From contig NC_083410.1 of NCBI RefSeq assembly GCF_020745735.1, positions 59,866,117 to 59,930,116 of the forward strand: DNA of 64,000 bases, in the 5' to 3' direction. The position numbers were made by a program, and so were the translations under genes. This DNA comes from Hemiscyllium ocellatum (taxonomy: Eukaryota). This document shows, one piece after another, positions 1 through 13,267 of the stretch (its first letter is position 1; every line of letters begins with the position of its first letter). The notes beneath the pieces are model-generated. The model worked only from the letters and a program-made list of their open reading frames with translations, had not been told where the DNA came from and ran no database searches.

Positions 1-599
1 CTTTCAGCAACCCTAATTTTTACAGCTTCCCTATTGTTGGCCATACACACAGTTATATAGGGGCTCTATGGTCTAGAATTCCCTCTCTACACCTCTCCAC
101 TCTGTTTCCCCTGTCAAACTTGTCTCCTTGCCTGAACTTTTTGTCATTGTCCTAACATCTGTTTATGTGGCCTGGTATATATCACTTAGTTTTTAAATTC
201 TCCATGACGTGTTTTCAGGCATTATATAATGCTAGAAGAGTGATATATTTGAAGGTATTCTACACGTTGTAAAATTACTGGATTGTTTTATACTGTATAG
301 AATCTGGATTATTTAATACTGTACTCTGTTCATGGACTAGGTTATTTTATATTCAATATGGTGACTACCCTAGAAAGTACTGCCTCATTAGTGAGTTTGC
401 CTTTCAATTATAATGCCAAGAATATTATATAAACACTGAAAATAAATTTTTTGAGCCTTCTTTTGGGTTGTCCAGACTTCACTGCTGTATCACAATGTGT
501 CGAGTGTACCATTCATGAGGACAAGCATCTTGGGCCTACTGGTCAGTTTGTTGTCTCACAAGCTAATTTTGTTAGTTGACTAAGGTTTGTGGCTGCTTT

Positions 600-1025
600 T
601 CCTATGTATGTGCTGAGTCACATGCCACGTCCGCAACAATTCACTCCTTCCACCACCAACGCTTAGTAGCATCGGTGCAAGTACTATGTACAAGATGCAG
701 AGCAGAAATTTACCAAAGGTCCTTAGCACCTTCAAAACCCACAAGCACTTCTGTCTAGAAAGACAAAGACAGGGGATGTATGGGATAATCACCAACTGCA
801 AGTTTCCCTCCAAGCCACTGATTCGGAATTATATCATGTTTCCTTCACTGTTGCTGGGTCAAAAACCTAGAATTCCCTCCCTATGGGCATTGTGGGTCTA
901 CTGACAATACGTGAACTGCAGCAGTTGAATAAGGCAGCTCACTACCACATTCTCAAGGGCAACTAGGGACGGGCAATAAATGTTGGTCCAGCCAGTGACA
1001 TCTACGTCCCGTGAGTGAAAAAAAA
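600..1025 (+). mobile_element. 3' end of an L2/Crack-like LINE
   Basis: ORF2 C-terminal remnant (IHSFHHQR) and 3' tail GGGCAATAAATGTTGGTCCAGCCAGTGACATCTACGTCCCGTGAGTG followed by an A run. Confidence 0.6.
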
Positions 1026-1134
1026 TCTGTTCTTCAAGAGATAGATTATCGGCCACTTTACACACAAGTCTGGTTCCAGTGATGTGTTCTTAAGTCTGAT
1101 CACAGATGGAGACATAGCTGCTGTCCTACAATGA

Positions 1135-1632
1135 CATAGGAAAGATGAGATTGCACTGGAAGGGGTTCAAAGGAGATCCACCAGGATGTTGCTTGGGTTG
1201 GAGAAGATTATCCTATGAAGAGACGCTGGATATGTTTGGATTATTTTCCTCAGAGCAATGGATGTTGAGATGGGACCTGATTGAGAGATATAAGATTATA
1301 AGAGGCATGGACAGGGTGGATAGGAAGCAACTATTCCAAATTGTTAAAGGATCAATAACGAGGGGGAATAACTTTAAGGTGAAGGGCAGGAAGTTAGGAG
1401 GGGATTCGAAGAAAACATTTTTCACCCAGAGGATGATGGGGATCTGAATTGGGCTACTTAGGAGGGTAGTAGAGGTGGAAAACCTCACAACATTTAGAAG
1501 GATGTGGATGAGCACCTTAAATGTCACAATATTCAAGGCTATCGGCCAAATTCTGAAAAGTGGGATTAGTGCAAATAAGTTGGCACAAACGTCATGGGTC
1601 AAAAGGCCCCTTCTGTATTGTATAACTCTGTG
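1135..1632 (+). mobile_element. CR1 LINE 3' fragment
   Basis: LSYEETLDMFGLFSSEQWMLRWDLIERYKIIRGMDRVD...TRGNNFKVKG...FFTQR, the typical CR1 ORF2 C-terminus, plus 3'UTR. Confidence 0.85.
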
Positions 1633-1639
1633 ACAAGAA

Positions 1640-1865
1640 AAGAACAGCAGAATGCTCTCCGCAAGTGGCAGTAGTGAACCAGGTGGGTTTTGCAGGCAAT
1701 CAGCAATAGTTTCATGGTCAATGTCGAATTTTCATGCCCACCTTTATTTAAAAATTGAATTTGAATTCCATTATCTGCTATGATGGTACTCAAACCCAGA
1801 TTCTCAGAGCATTAGGAACTAATCCTCTGAAGGATTAGTTTTGTGACAATGCCATTACACCATTG
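1640..1865 (-). mobile_element. Degenerate tRNA-derived SINE fragment
   Basis: Reverse B-box-like CTCAAACCCAG and a GTGAACCAGGTGGGTTTT...GTTTCATGGTCA segment I recognise from shark SINEs. Confidence 0.4.
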
Positions 1866-1994
1866 CATTCACCAGTAGAGATCTCAGATTTGAATTTTTC
1901 AATTTACCAAGTGATAGTTATTTTTTGGAGAGTGAGTTTTAGGTTTCGACTGTAGATTGTGTGAAGAGATGCTTCCTGACATCACTGTCAATGT

Positions 1995-2400
1995 GTCAGC
2001 TCTAATTTTAATTTTATCTTGTTCTGCATTCTCCCTTGAGAGGAAATAGTTTCTCTTCATCTACCTTATCAAGTCATTTAATCATGTTAAACTCTTTGCT
2101 TTATTTCTTAATTTTACATACACAAGGGAATGTATGCCTAGTCTATATGCAACCTATTCTCATAATGTAATCCATTTAGTGTGAGTTTGGGAAATCTACA
2201 CAGTAGATTCTCTTCAAAACCAAAGCTGCTTTATCCTGAACTCTACACTCAATAGGGTCTAACTTTAAATAACAGTGACATAACATCACTCATTTGGATT
2301 CCAGACTTCTTGAGTAAGGCCATCATTTCATTTAACCTTTTTAATTACATTTTGTGCTTGTCCATTGGATTTTAATGATTTCTGTGCAAGGAGTTCTAAA
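1995..2400 (-). mobile_element. Highly decayed CR1 fragment
   Basis: Reverse-strand CR1-like motifs (GGAAATAGTTTCTCTTCATCTACCTTATC, AACTCTACACTC). Confidence 0.45.
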
Positions 2401-2799
2401 TACCTCGATTCCATGTGAATTATATTTCCAATAATTAATTCACATCACACAGTTACCTGCCCCATTATAAATAGAATATCTATTGCCTTAAGCATATTTC
2501 ACCTCTCTCTTCTTATGTAGTTTGAGAAAAGATTGTATTTAAATTACAAAATCCTTTATGAGTTAAAAGATGGATTGAAAGTCTTTTTTCAGCAATAAGT
2601 GTTTTGCATGTGTTTATACATGCGTGCTTACATAAATGCAAGGAAAACTGGTCCTGATTAAACAACAATTATTGTTTTTCTTATGTATTCTATGAATTGA
2701 AGAAATTGTACAAAGCTGAGAAAAAGAAAACACCAGTTAATATCTTTATTCAGCTCAACTGCTCAAACATAAGCTGCATATCAAAGTTAACTATCACTA

Positions 2800-3128
2800 G
2801 CTCATCTGATTCTGTGCAGTCACTAAGGGCTGCATCGTGCCATGTTGTGGATGAAACTTGAAACAACAGTGCTATTTACCACTATGTAAATGTGGGAAAT
2901 ACCATGATGCTAGTTGGTGAAGAGTAGGGATGTGCTGGCAAAAAGCTAGTCCAGAAGGTTTGCCTCACCCAATATCTAAAATTAATAATCAGGTCTTTGT
3001 TTATTTGCTATTTGTTGGACATTTCTATGTGCTCATTAACTGTTACAATTTAGTGTTGATTCTTCAAAGGCGCTTCATTTGTAATACACTGACCAAATCA
3101 TGAATGATGCTATAAATGCAAGTTATTT
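2800..3128 (+). mobile_element. Degenerate Deu-domain SINE (SacSINE1/AmnSINE-like)
   Basis: GGATGAAAC...GAAGAGTAGGG...CCCAATATCTAAAA...TTTGCTATTTGTTGG core and an L2-type tail GCTATAAATGCAAGT. Confidence 0.5.
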
Positions 3129-3749
3129 ATTTTTTGTATGTTCTCATCAAAATGTTGCAACAATGCATATAGTCTGTTTGAGATGCAGAACTCTTGTGGA
3201 GCAGAGTAGTGACCATATCTCTAAGCTGGGAGACCTGGCTTCACAGTCTCACTTGCTGCAGAAGTATGCAGTTATATGTATTTGAGTAAGTTGATTAGAA
3301 AACATTTACAGTTCTTTTCAATTTTCACATAAGGCAGAAGCACTACTTACCATTTATGGAGTCATTAAAAATTAAGTCACGTTAACTTGGACACAAGTAG
3401 GATTTGTTCTTTTAAAACGTTTGTTCGCCTCGTGCTTAATTTTCCAGTTAAATTGGTATAGTGAACATATGGAATTCCCTCCCAAGAATCTATCTGAACA
3501 CAGAACCTAATACTCCATCCCCAGTCTAAAATACTTCAGAGCACTTTTAATCAGTCCTGCCAGCTCTAGATGCTTCATGCTACCAAACTTTAGTCACACT
3601 GATAAAGTCAAATTCCAGTTCGTGCCCAGGTTCCACTAGATATCATTACTTCTCAGTGCTACTAAAGCACAGCCAAATCAGCCAAAGGAGTTGGCTGCCC
3701 CAAGCTTCATTTGTCCTGGAGATATCATTTCTAATTGCTACACTTTGAA

Positions 3750-4051
3750 CATAGATATGGAATCCCTGCAGTGTGGAAATAGGCCCTTTGGCCCAACAAG
3801 TCCACACTGACCCTACAAAGAGTAATCCACCCAGACCCATTCCCCTACATTTTACTGACTAATGCACCTGACACTATGGGTAATTTAGCACAGCCAATTC
3901 ACCAACCTGCATATCTTTGGATTGCAGAGGAAACACGCACAGACACGGGGAGAATGTGCAAACTCCACACAGACAGTCACCCGAGGCAGGAATTGAACCC
4001 AGCTCCCTGGCACAGTGAGGCAGCAGTGCTAACCACTGAGCCACCATGCCA
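3750..4051 (-). mobile_element. HE1-type SINE
   Basis: Reverse complement of the tRNA head (GGAATTGAACCC B box; GCAGTGCTAACCACTGAGCCACC A box) and the CR1-derived tail. Confidence 0.9.
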
Positions 4052-4105
4052 CTCAGAACATCACCTCCGAATTTTGACTTGTAAGATAAGTAAAGATCAC
4101 TAATT

Positions 4106-4415
4106 GGGCAGCACGGTGGCACAGTGGTTAGCACTGTTGCCTCCCAGCGCCAGAGACCCAGGTTCAATTCCCGCCTCAGGTGACTGTGTGGAGTTTGCAC
4201 ATTCTCCCTGTGTCTGCGTGGGTTTCCTCCGGGTGCTCTGGTTTCCTTCCACAGTCCAAAAATGTGCAGGTTAGGTGAATTGGACATTCTAAATTGCCCG
4301 TAGTGTTAGGTGAAGGGTTAAATGTAGGGGAATGGGTCTGGGTGAGTTGCGGGTCGGCGTGGACTTGTTGGGCTGAAGGGCCTGTTTCCACACTGTAAGT
4401 AATCTAATCTAATCT
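4106..4415 (+). mobile_element. HE1-type SINE, full length
   Basis: GGGCAGCACGGTGGCACAGTGGTTAGC (A box), GGTTCAATTCCC (B box), core TGTGTGGAGTTTGCACATTCTCCC, tail GGGCCTGTTTCCACACTGTAAG(TAATC)n. Confidence 0.93.
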
Positions 4416-4570
4416 TCAATTTTCATGGATTCTAGACAGACACATGAAATTCAATGTCCTAAGTCAAATCTTGGAATGCACGCAACTTTGATGTATTTAG
4501 TAATTGTAAGTTAGTAGGTATGCTATTGTCCTCCTATAACATAAACATGTTTACTGTCATAAAATCATGA

Positions 4571-4872
4571 ATTAGATTAGATTAGATTAGATTACTTACA
4601 GTGTGGAAACAGGCCCTTCGGCCCAACAAATCCACACCGACCCGCCGAAGCGCAACCCACCCATACCCTTACATTTACCCCTTACCTAACACTATGGGCA
4701 ATTTAGCATGGCCAATTCACCTGACCCGCACATCTTTGGACTGTGGGAGGAAACCGGAGCACCCGGAGGAAACCCACGCAGACACGGGGAGAACGTGCAA
4801 ACTCCACACAGTCAGTCGCCTGAGTCAGGAATTGAACCCGGGTCTCGGGCGCTGTGAGGCAACAGTGCTGAC
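4571..4872 (-). mobile_element. HE1-type SINE, 5' end truncated
   Basis: (ATTAG)4 tail, then the reverse complement of the HE1 body; many CpGs retained, suggesting a young copy. Confidence 0.92.
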
Positions 4873-6899
4873 TGTTGCTATTTTCAGCTATTTAAAATTG
4901 GGTTACTCAAAAATACTGGGCTGGCATCCTGATTAAGAATGTTCATTATTGTGATAAATCCATTTTTAACTGCAACAAGTTACCACTTTTAAATGTACAA
5001 AAGAATGTCTCTTAAAGCAGATGAAAATAATATTCTAAAACACTGTCCAGTTCTACAGGTTTTGCAATATACCTGCACATGGGTTTGAGCAGAAACTTGG
5101 AGAAGGTAATCTTCTGAAAACTAGCATAATTTTGTGTTATTACTGATTGGGTCTAAAGCAGAAATTTCACCCATGCTTATATGTATTCCACATTTAAAGT
5201 AGAGGTTGACGATATAAGCCTGTCGTGCTATAGTGACACCCTCTCCCCACTGGAGGCACTCCAGTGCCCTCATAGCAGGCAGATATAATTGTAAATTACC
5301 AAGTTTACATAGGTAATTTCCATTAAGAATCTAAAAATACTGATAATATCTGAAAAAAAAACGGAATGCAGTATATTACATTGAGCACTGAAATAATACA
5401 AGCACGATCAATCTATTATATCTTACCTCAAATTCTGCTTCACCTGCACACTACATTTTGTCTTGATTCTAGTGAATAGCATGATATAAGAGTAACAAGT
5501 TTTCTTCAAAAATGACTTCAAGTAAGGACTGAATTATGTATGAATATGCGGTCAACCTAATTCCATCATCAACTCCATGCTTCAGCTGAAGACTATACTG
5601 ATCTTAAATTCCTTTATGCAATCCACTTGCTTCTGGTGTTAATGATCATAAAAACACATACATATCTGCATGCAGCATACAACTAAGTCAATCAGACATG
5701 AGCTCATTAACACAAGCCTAAAGTAATCAAAGGTCTAAACACAAATCAATCTGTTCTTCATACTTGCATTCAAAAATCAATTTCCATATTGTGCCCTTAA
5801 GTTCTTCTTTATTTGACCAGAACACATTTAGATCATGTGACTATTCTGAAAGCTGGTTTTAAAAGAGAAGTTTCTCAAAATAACCTTTTGCTTTTATTTC
5901 ATTCTCCCCTTCTTCCATTAGATTAAGATTTTTCATCTCTATCTCATCTTCTCCCTTTGCTTCTGGGATTCAGTTTCAATCCTTTATTAGTGTAAACTTG
6001 ATTTACCTCATGATTCTGTAGTTAGCTCCTATCATTTTACATTTCAAAAACTCCCCTGAAAGACATGTTCTTATTCTAAGTGAAGTTCCCTTATCCAAAT
6101 GTTTGATGAATTCCACTAACTCCCAAATCCTCCATGAATTAAGTTCAAGACTCAAACATCTCAAAATTAATGCAATGATCTCCTTGATCCCAAAGCTCCA
6201 TCTCTCATCCTTTGACATAGGCATTCTGAATTCCTTTACGCGATCTCTGTGGAGGTTGTTAACTGTTAAAAAGGCATGAGAACATACAGTTAATGGCTAA
6301 AAGGATGACACATTATTTCACTTTTAAAGATTTTATCAAGAACGAAAGGTTAAACAGCATTTCTAAATTAAAACAATTGTTTGGCAACTTATACTTTCGA
6401 CCATGAAGCAGAACACTCCCCTTTCGCTTTTAGCACAACTGAAAATGTGTTTTACAAATGCATTTTACATTTTCTTTGAAGAAGGCATTCAATTGTCCTG
6501 GAGCCAGTCTTAGTTCTTGAAGGTTTCTTCCTGTTCTCTTCCTTCCTTTGACTAAGAGCTATTCATCTCAGAACAATCATGCTTTTCTTTTCCCTCAGAG
6601 ATTGTTCCTCAAGCAAAAGCTAAGCAAATTTTCCAGACTCATTTTAACTCCTCTCATGAATGTTATCTGTTTAATTCTAGCATGAAGTTCCACCCATGTC
6701 TCTAACTACAGAGCTTGCTGCCTTTTGTGCTCTTCCCCTCCTGAAACCTGGCAGATTCATTTTTTGAATTTTCAAGAATAGTTTAGACCTTTCTCCTCTC
6801 ATAGCCTGTTGCCATGGCAATGTGAATCCCAAAAGCTAAGTATCCAGGTAGAAATTCTGGTTAGCTATTCTTCTTTTCAGCTTAGAATTAGGTTTTATG

Positions 6900-7685
6900 A
6901 GAATTAGAATTACGGTTTATTGTCACATGTACTCAAGTACAGGGACACAGGAGAGCAGTGAAAAGTATACAGTGTCGCCATTTTAGGTACAAAAGTACCT
7001 AGATAGAAAATCTTAGGTATAAAGAAGGAAATAAAGAAATAAGTTAAAAAGATTAGCATTACTGACCTTTTTAAGTGCTTAGCCATGGGTCTGGACCCAT
7101 GGTTTTTCACCCCGACGTTGAGACATTCACCAGCACAAGTCCCGTCATTGCACCACTGCTACAGAACCATGACACCATTCTTTGGTGTCATCTTGCCTCT
7201 ACCAATGACATCAGCGCCATGAGACCATGTTGGACTGAAGTCAGCGATGCAGCCGCTGCTGAAGGTCCCTACAGAGGTAAGTAAGATTAAGTAAAAAAGC
7301 AGAGAGAAAAAAAAGTAAAAGCAGACAGAGCAGATGAATCTGCAATCAGCTCTGACTCAGGTCTGTGCTGGGCTTTAACTCAAGTCTGTGCTGGGCTTTA
7401 ACTCAAGTTTATGCTGGGCTTTGACTCAGGTCTGTGCAGGGCTTTGATTCAGGACTTTGCTGGGCTTCAATTCAAGTCTGTGCTGGGCTTTAACTCAGGT
7501 CTGTGCTGGGCTTTGACTCAAGTCTGTGCTGGGCTTTGACTCAGGTCTGTGCTGGGCTTCCTATTGAGTCCACACTGGTTCAGCTCATCACCATCAATGC
7601 AATCCAAGGATAAGAGATAAGTAGAGGAAAGGGGAAAAAAAATCATGAAAGTCAAAAAAGAAATGGATGGAGCAGATGAGCTTGG
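6900..7685 (-). mobile_element. Non-autonomous LINE-tailed retroelement containing an internal minisatellite
   Basis: (GAATTA) tail plus GGTTTATTGTCACATGTACTCAAGTACAG (reverse AATAAA 3' end). The distal motif AAAGAAATGGATGGAGCAGATGAGC resembles 47590-47615. Confidence 0.5.
7354..7560. repeat. 23-bp minisatellite, about 9 copies
   Basis: Unit RACTCARGTCTGTGCTGGGCTTT repeated in tandem. Confidence 0.95.
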
Positions 7686-9139
7686 AAGTAAATGGACAAT
7701 TTAAAGCACAATTATTTACAACCCAATGCTCTCCTCAGTTTTCTGGGCATTTAGAGACTCCTGGTATATCCTCTGTTAGCACATAGGCTGCTGTTGTTGT
7801 CTGCAGGAATAAATATTTTGAACATTCTTCTCAGTAAAATAATATCAGCCTCCTTTAATTTTTAACAATCAAACCAGCGAGGCTTGCTGTCAGGCATACT
7901 TTAGAATGAGTCATGTGATTCCCTTAATTTTAACTGAAAGACACAGTTCTACAGCATAGCAATCTTATAAATCTGACCATTTTCGTAGTTATTTTTTGTC
8001 ACCTTTTTTCCACATTTGATTGCTGCTCCTGACCTTGTGTACTTTATTATATTTTCCTCCTGCTTGGCTTTCTTTCATTTTCTGATCTGTGGTGAATTCT
8101 GGGATGTCTTTTGGAAATAACAAAGCTTATGTGGGTGCATGTTTTTTCTTAAGAGTACAAAATGTAACAACATAATTATACCAATTGTAACCCACAATAT
8201 ATAAATATTTTTTAAAATACCTCCAATCCTTGTGCAAGAGCATTGGGAAACTGAAGGATGCTGCTAATTCTCAGGAAAGATCGCCATTTTCAATTGGGCC
8301 ACCTGAGAACACTGTGGCAGTGCATTCCTGCCTTTATAACACATTGACACGGTTTCTTTGGCAGCACAAGTGCACTTGATATGTAAGAGGCTATCAAATG
8401 CTGACAAATTATGGGGGATTGCTAGAACAATTGAAAATGCCTATTTTGAAAGTGCTGGAAACTAAATGTAACCAAAAAAAAAAGATGTATTCGTAAAATA
8501 TTCTCTGTAGGTGCTAAAATGAGAAGTGCTAATCTTCAGAGAATATGCATTGATGTTGATGAGCTGAGCCAGTGTGGACTCAAACAGGAAGCCCAGCACA
8601 AACCAAAGAATCATAGGAATTACGGCACAGAACGTCACTGTCACAATGCTACTTTTTGTTTCAATTGCCCACCTTCCATCAAACCAACATTTTTACATAT
8701 TCGCAAGTTTATTTATATATGTTTCTAAAAATAATAATTTAGTCAAGACTATATATGGTTCTTAAAATAAATGAATGAGGATGGAAGAGTTTTGTATGTT
8801 AATTAATCCCAGAAATGGTGCAACCTTGAATAGTTTCAAATTGATTTCTAAACTATTATATTTTATTGCTTACAATATATGCTAGCTGGCTATTATTTAA
8901 CACTTTTTTAAACACTGTGTGCTGAATCTTGCATTTCTTTAAATGTGTTGGTTTTGTCGAGTTTCTTGGAGGGTTCCTCTCTGTGATGCCTATTGAGCTT
9001 TCTCACGACATCTTACCAAACTCGCCTCATTAACTACTTACCCTGACCCAGATGGTGTTCCTCTCATCTAATTCTAGCAGCTTTCTATAACTCACTGGAC
9101 CCAGAATAATACCTGGAATGGACCAGCATCCTTGATGCT

Positions 9140-11000
9140 TGCACTACTTTTTAAAGGTTTTTGGTCATCCAGACAAGCAATGTCAGTCAGGAGCTGTCCC
9201 ACATCGTTCCAAGCAGTTGCCCAGCCACAGTGGAAAAGGGGAAATTGGCACCTGGAGCTCCCAGTGGCAGGGCTAGTGCAGAGGGGGGGACATCTGATTT
9301 CTCAGGCACTTGCTGAGGAGGTGACAACACCAGCCCATGTCAGTCTGTCTGCGGTTGCTATTTGGGTCATAGAGTCGTAGAAGTGTACAGCACAGAAATA
9401 AACCTTTCAGTCCAAGTCCATGCCAATCAGATAACCAGTCAGTTCAGTTTCAGCTACCTGGAGAGAAATGCACAGCATTGAAGAAAGAAAATCACTAATT
9501 TTCTCTACTCCATTAGGTGTAAGTGCCACCAGCTTCAATAGCTCATGCTCACTCTATCTCTACTACTGTACTCACCTCCTACCAAGGCTCATGTTCTACC
9601 ACTCTCACTATTGTGTGCAACAGCTTTCCACACATGTTGTTACCATTCCACCTCCCAACACTATTAACCCTACATGCCCTCTGCATTGCCCACGCACTAA
9701 TTTGGGGCACCTCCCCATCTGCACCAAAAGTGCCACCCACTTCCATATCCCTTCTGCCTCTACTTCATTCCAGGAGGAAAACAGACAACAGGGCAAAAAG
9801 AGTCAAAATAGTTGGTGGGCTGCCTGACATTCAGCTCTTATGAGGAAAGGATCCTGATTCTGACTCTCCTGAGTGACTGATTGTGTCAAAACCTCGGACG
9901 AGTATTGGAGACTTCCCTTGTCTTACCATACTGGACCCCCTAAGTAAAGTCTATCTTCCTTGAGTTGACTGAGGACTGCTGATCACAACAGCAAGCATCT
10001 TAGCTTTGTGTCTATGTGAAATAACATGGTTCAGAAAAGATTTACAAGGATGTTGCCAGGGTTAGAGCATTTGAGTTGTAGGGAGAGGTTGAATAGGCTG
10101 TGGCTGTTTTCCTTGGACTGCTGGAGACTGAAAGGTGACCTTATAAGGTTTATAAAGTCATGAGGGCCATGGATAGGGTAAATAGACAAGGTCTTTTCCC
10201 TGGGCTGGGGGAGTCCAGAAATAGAGAGGATACATTTAAGGTGAGAGGGGAAAGATTTAAAAGGGATCTAAGAGGCAACTTTTTCTCGCAAGGTGTGGTG
10301 TGTGTATGAAATGAGCTGCCAGAGGAAGTGGTAGAGGCTGATGCAATTACAACATTTAAAAGACAACTGAATGGGTGGATGAATGGGAAGGATTTAGAGG
10401 GATATGGTCTAGCTTAATTTAGGATATCTGGTCAGCATGGACAAGTTGGACCAAAGGGTCTATTTCCATGCTATACCTCTTTATGACTCTACAGCACTGC
10501 AGTACTTGGAGTCTGGTATCTCTGGCTGGATAGTAGGATGTGAAAAGGCAAGGCAGGGATGTTGTGAACATCCAGCAGACTTAAAACGAGGGAGGGCTAA
10601 GGGAAGCAGCATAGTCCCATACATGAACTGGGTGTGTGTGCCTGAATGCTAAGTGTCCTTGCTACAGCATTACAATGTCAGTGCAATGCAAGTTCAGCTT
10701 CAGACTGCAGAAGTTTTTTATAAGTGGTTCAAAGGTTTGCTATAAGGGTTCTTAGAGGCTGGAACATGTCTGTGGACATAGGTTGCATGTGGGTGGTGAT
10801 CATGGAGTGTGCCCTGAAGTGTCGGTTCCTGATATCGAAGATAGGTATCCTCTGGAGAAAGCAATGAGCTGGAGTTGTCAAGGTGCCTGCTCTGACTTCC
10901 ATGTGAAGAATTCTGGATGAAGGGTTTGCCCAGAACAGATGGTAGGCCTCACTGGATTTCTCACTCGATTATCAGATTCCTACCAGGTTTCTCAGGTGAA
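9140..11000 (+). mobile_element. Old dispersed repeat, probably a Harbinger Myb/SANT-gene relic, interrupted by CR1 pieces
   Basis: Collinear similarity to 33560-35100 (CCCTCTGCAYTGCC...CTCCCCATCTGCA...TGCCACCCACTT...TCCAGGAGGAAAACAG...CATTCAGCTC...CCTCGGAC). The family assignment is from memory. Confidence 0.45.
10025..10492 (+). mobile_element. CR1 LINE 3' fragment
   Basis: GTTCAGAAAAGATTTACAAGGATGTTGCCAGGG through the 3'UTR ending TATGACTCTA. Confidence 0.88.
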
Positions 11001-11234
11001 AATCATTTAGGTCCCTACAAAGTTCAGCCCTGTCCATTTTTTTTTAGTTAGTAGTGAATTTTAACAGAAATGCAGCAGAAAGTGGCACAAAGCCTGGAAC
11101 ACAGCTAAATCAAAATCAGAAAATCTTTGAAATGCATAGATGTTTCATCAGTAGCTGCTAAGTGAAAAGATAGATATCATACATTATGGGTGCAATCACT
11201 TGTTTCTTTTGAAAACTGAAGGACAAGTGTACCA

Positions 11235-12750
11235 CTAAAGAGAACGTGCTGGGGAAGCTGAAAAATCTGAATGTGGAAAAAAAACACCATAACTAGATGG
11301 ACGACAGCCAGAATTCTGATTGACATAACTGAAGATATTGTGGAGGCATTGGTGGTGATCTTTCAAGAATCATTGAATTCAGGATGGGTCCCAGAGGACT
11401 GGAAAATTACTGATATAATAACCTTGCTTCATAAAGGAGGGAGACAGAGACAGGAAATTATGGGCTACTTAGCTTGACTCCTCAGTCTCTTTAAGTCCAT
11501 TATTAAGGATGAGATTGCAGAGTAGTTGGAAATGCATGGTAAAATAGGGCTGAGTCAGTGTGACTTTGTCAAGGGGAGATCATGCCTGACAAATCTGTTA
11601 GAATTCTTGAAAGAAATAATGATTAACTTAAGCAAAGCAGAGCTGGTGGACGTAATTTATTTGGATTTCTAGAAGGCCTTTGATAAGATGCTGTGTAGGA
11701 TGCTGCTAAATCGGATAAGAGCCCATGGTGGTCAGGAAAGGCACTGGGATGGATAAAGGATTGGCTGACTGGCAGAAGGCAGAGAGTAGGGATAAAGGTG
11801 TCCTTTTCAGATGGCATCCAGAGACTAATGGAGTTTTGTATGGCTCAATGTTGGGACCATAACTGTTCATGTTAAACATTAATGAACTGGGCGAAGGAAC
11901 TGGAGGCATTGTTGCTAAGTTTGTAGATGACACAGTCTAGGAGACTGAGCAAAGTAACAGATGAAATACAATGTGGGGATGTGCGAGTGCACTTTAGTTG
12001 GAAGAATAGAGATGTAGGGTATTTTCTAAATGGGAAAGAACTTTGGAAATCTGAAGCACAAAGGGATTTAGGAGTCCAAGTTCAAGGTTCTCTTAAGGTT
12101 AGCTTGCAAGTTCAGTGGCAGTTAGAAAGGCAAATGCATGTTTGCACTCATTTTGAGAGGGCTACAACATAGTGCAGTAATGTACTGCTGAAGCTGTATG
12201 AGGCTCTGGTGACACTGCATTTGGAATACTATGAGCAGATTTGGGCCCATACACAAGGCAGGATGTGCTAGCCTTGGAGGGGGTCCACAGGAAGTTCACA
12301 AGAATGATACCAGGAATGAAGGGCATGCCATATGAGGAGAGGTTGAGGACTGTATAGTCAGTGGAGCTTAGAAGGATGAGGTGGGATCTGACTGAAACTT
12401 ATAGAATATTGAGATGTCTGTATAGAATGGATGTGGAGAAGATGTTTCCACTAGTAGGAGAGGCTAGGACTTGAGGGCAAAGCCTCAAAGTGAAGGAACG
12501 ATGCTTTTGACCTGAAATGAGTGGGAATTTCTTCAGCTAGAGTATGATGAATTGGGGCAACACTGGCACAGGAGGCTGTTGAGGCCAAATCATTGAGTAT
12601 CTTTAAGAGAAAGACTGAAAGGTCCCTGATTAGTAGGAGAATCAAAGGTAAGGAGACAAGGCAGGAGAATGGGGTTGAGAAACATGACTGAATGGTCGAG
12701 CAGATGCAATGGGCTGAATGTTTTTATAATGTTACAGTCTTATGGTCTAA
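11235..12750 (+). mobile_element. Decayed CR1 LINE (RT to 3'UTR)
   Basis: IFQESLNSGWVPEDWK, DF*KAFDK, GSMLGP and KFVDDT motifs with stops and frameshifts; tail TCTTATGGTCT. Confidence 0.9.
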
Positions 12751-13267
12751 TGAGCAAATAAGTACCAAAGTAGAACTGATTAAACTGAATAGTTGACAGA
12801 GAACAGAAATACATGAAGACACTGTAACTCAGCATTTTATATTCCTGTCCAGGAAACAGGCTTTTAGAAAAATTGGTGAGATAAAATATGGTCAATGATA
12901 TTTTAAGATGCTTTCAACAAGGTAGTGGAAAACTCAGTTAAAGAACAAAAGTGTACATGTAATGAATAGTACAATCATGCTGAAAATGTAAGAGGAAGCC
13001 TTCTCTTTTAGTGCACGACGGACAGGTGCACTGCTTGCTTCTCCTGGGTCTTTTGCAGTTAATGGAAAATCCAAAAAAACTATTGTGAGAATCATGTTAA
13101 GGCCTGCCACCTATTGGATTGATGTGTCCAGCATCCAACCATTACAGCTCCACCCTAGCGCTACACCATACAAGTGTACCGGGAAACAGAATCTCGAGCA
13201 TCTCCCCAGTAGATAAGCTAGTGTGTGGAAAACAGATGAAAATTGTGAATTTTGTAAATTGCTAAAT

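Noticed and set aside
4106-4180. tRNA genes at the A/B-box sequences (also 60951-61025)
   Set aside because: They are tRNA-derived heads of HE1 SINEs, continuing into the SINE core and LINE-derived tail.
7354-7560. CRISPR-like appearance of short repeats (also 41420-42420, 46205-47445, 53433-53586)
   Set aside because: Head-to-tail tandem units with no unique spacers, no cas genes, and a vertebrate context.
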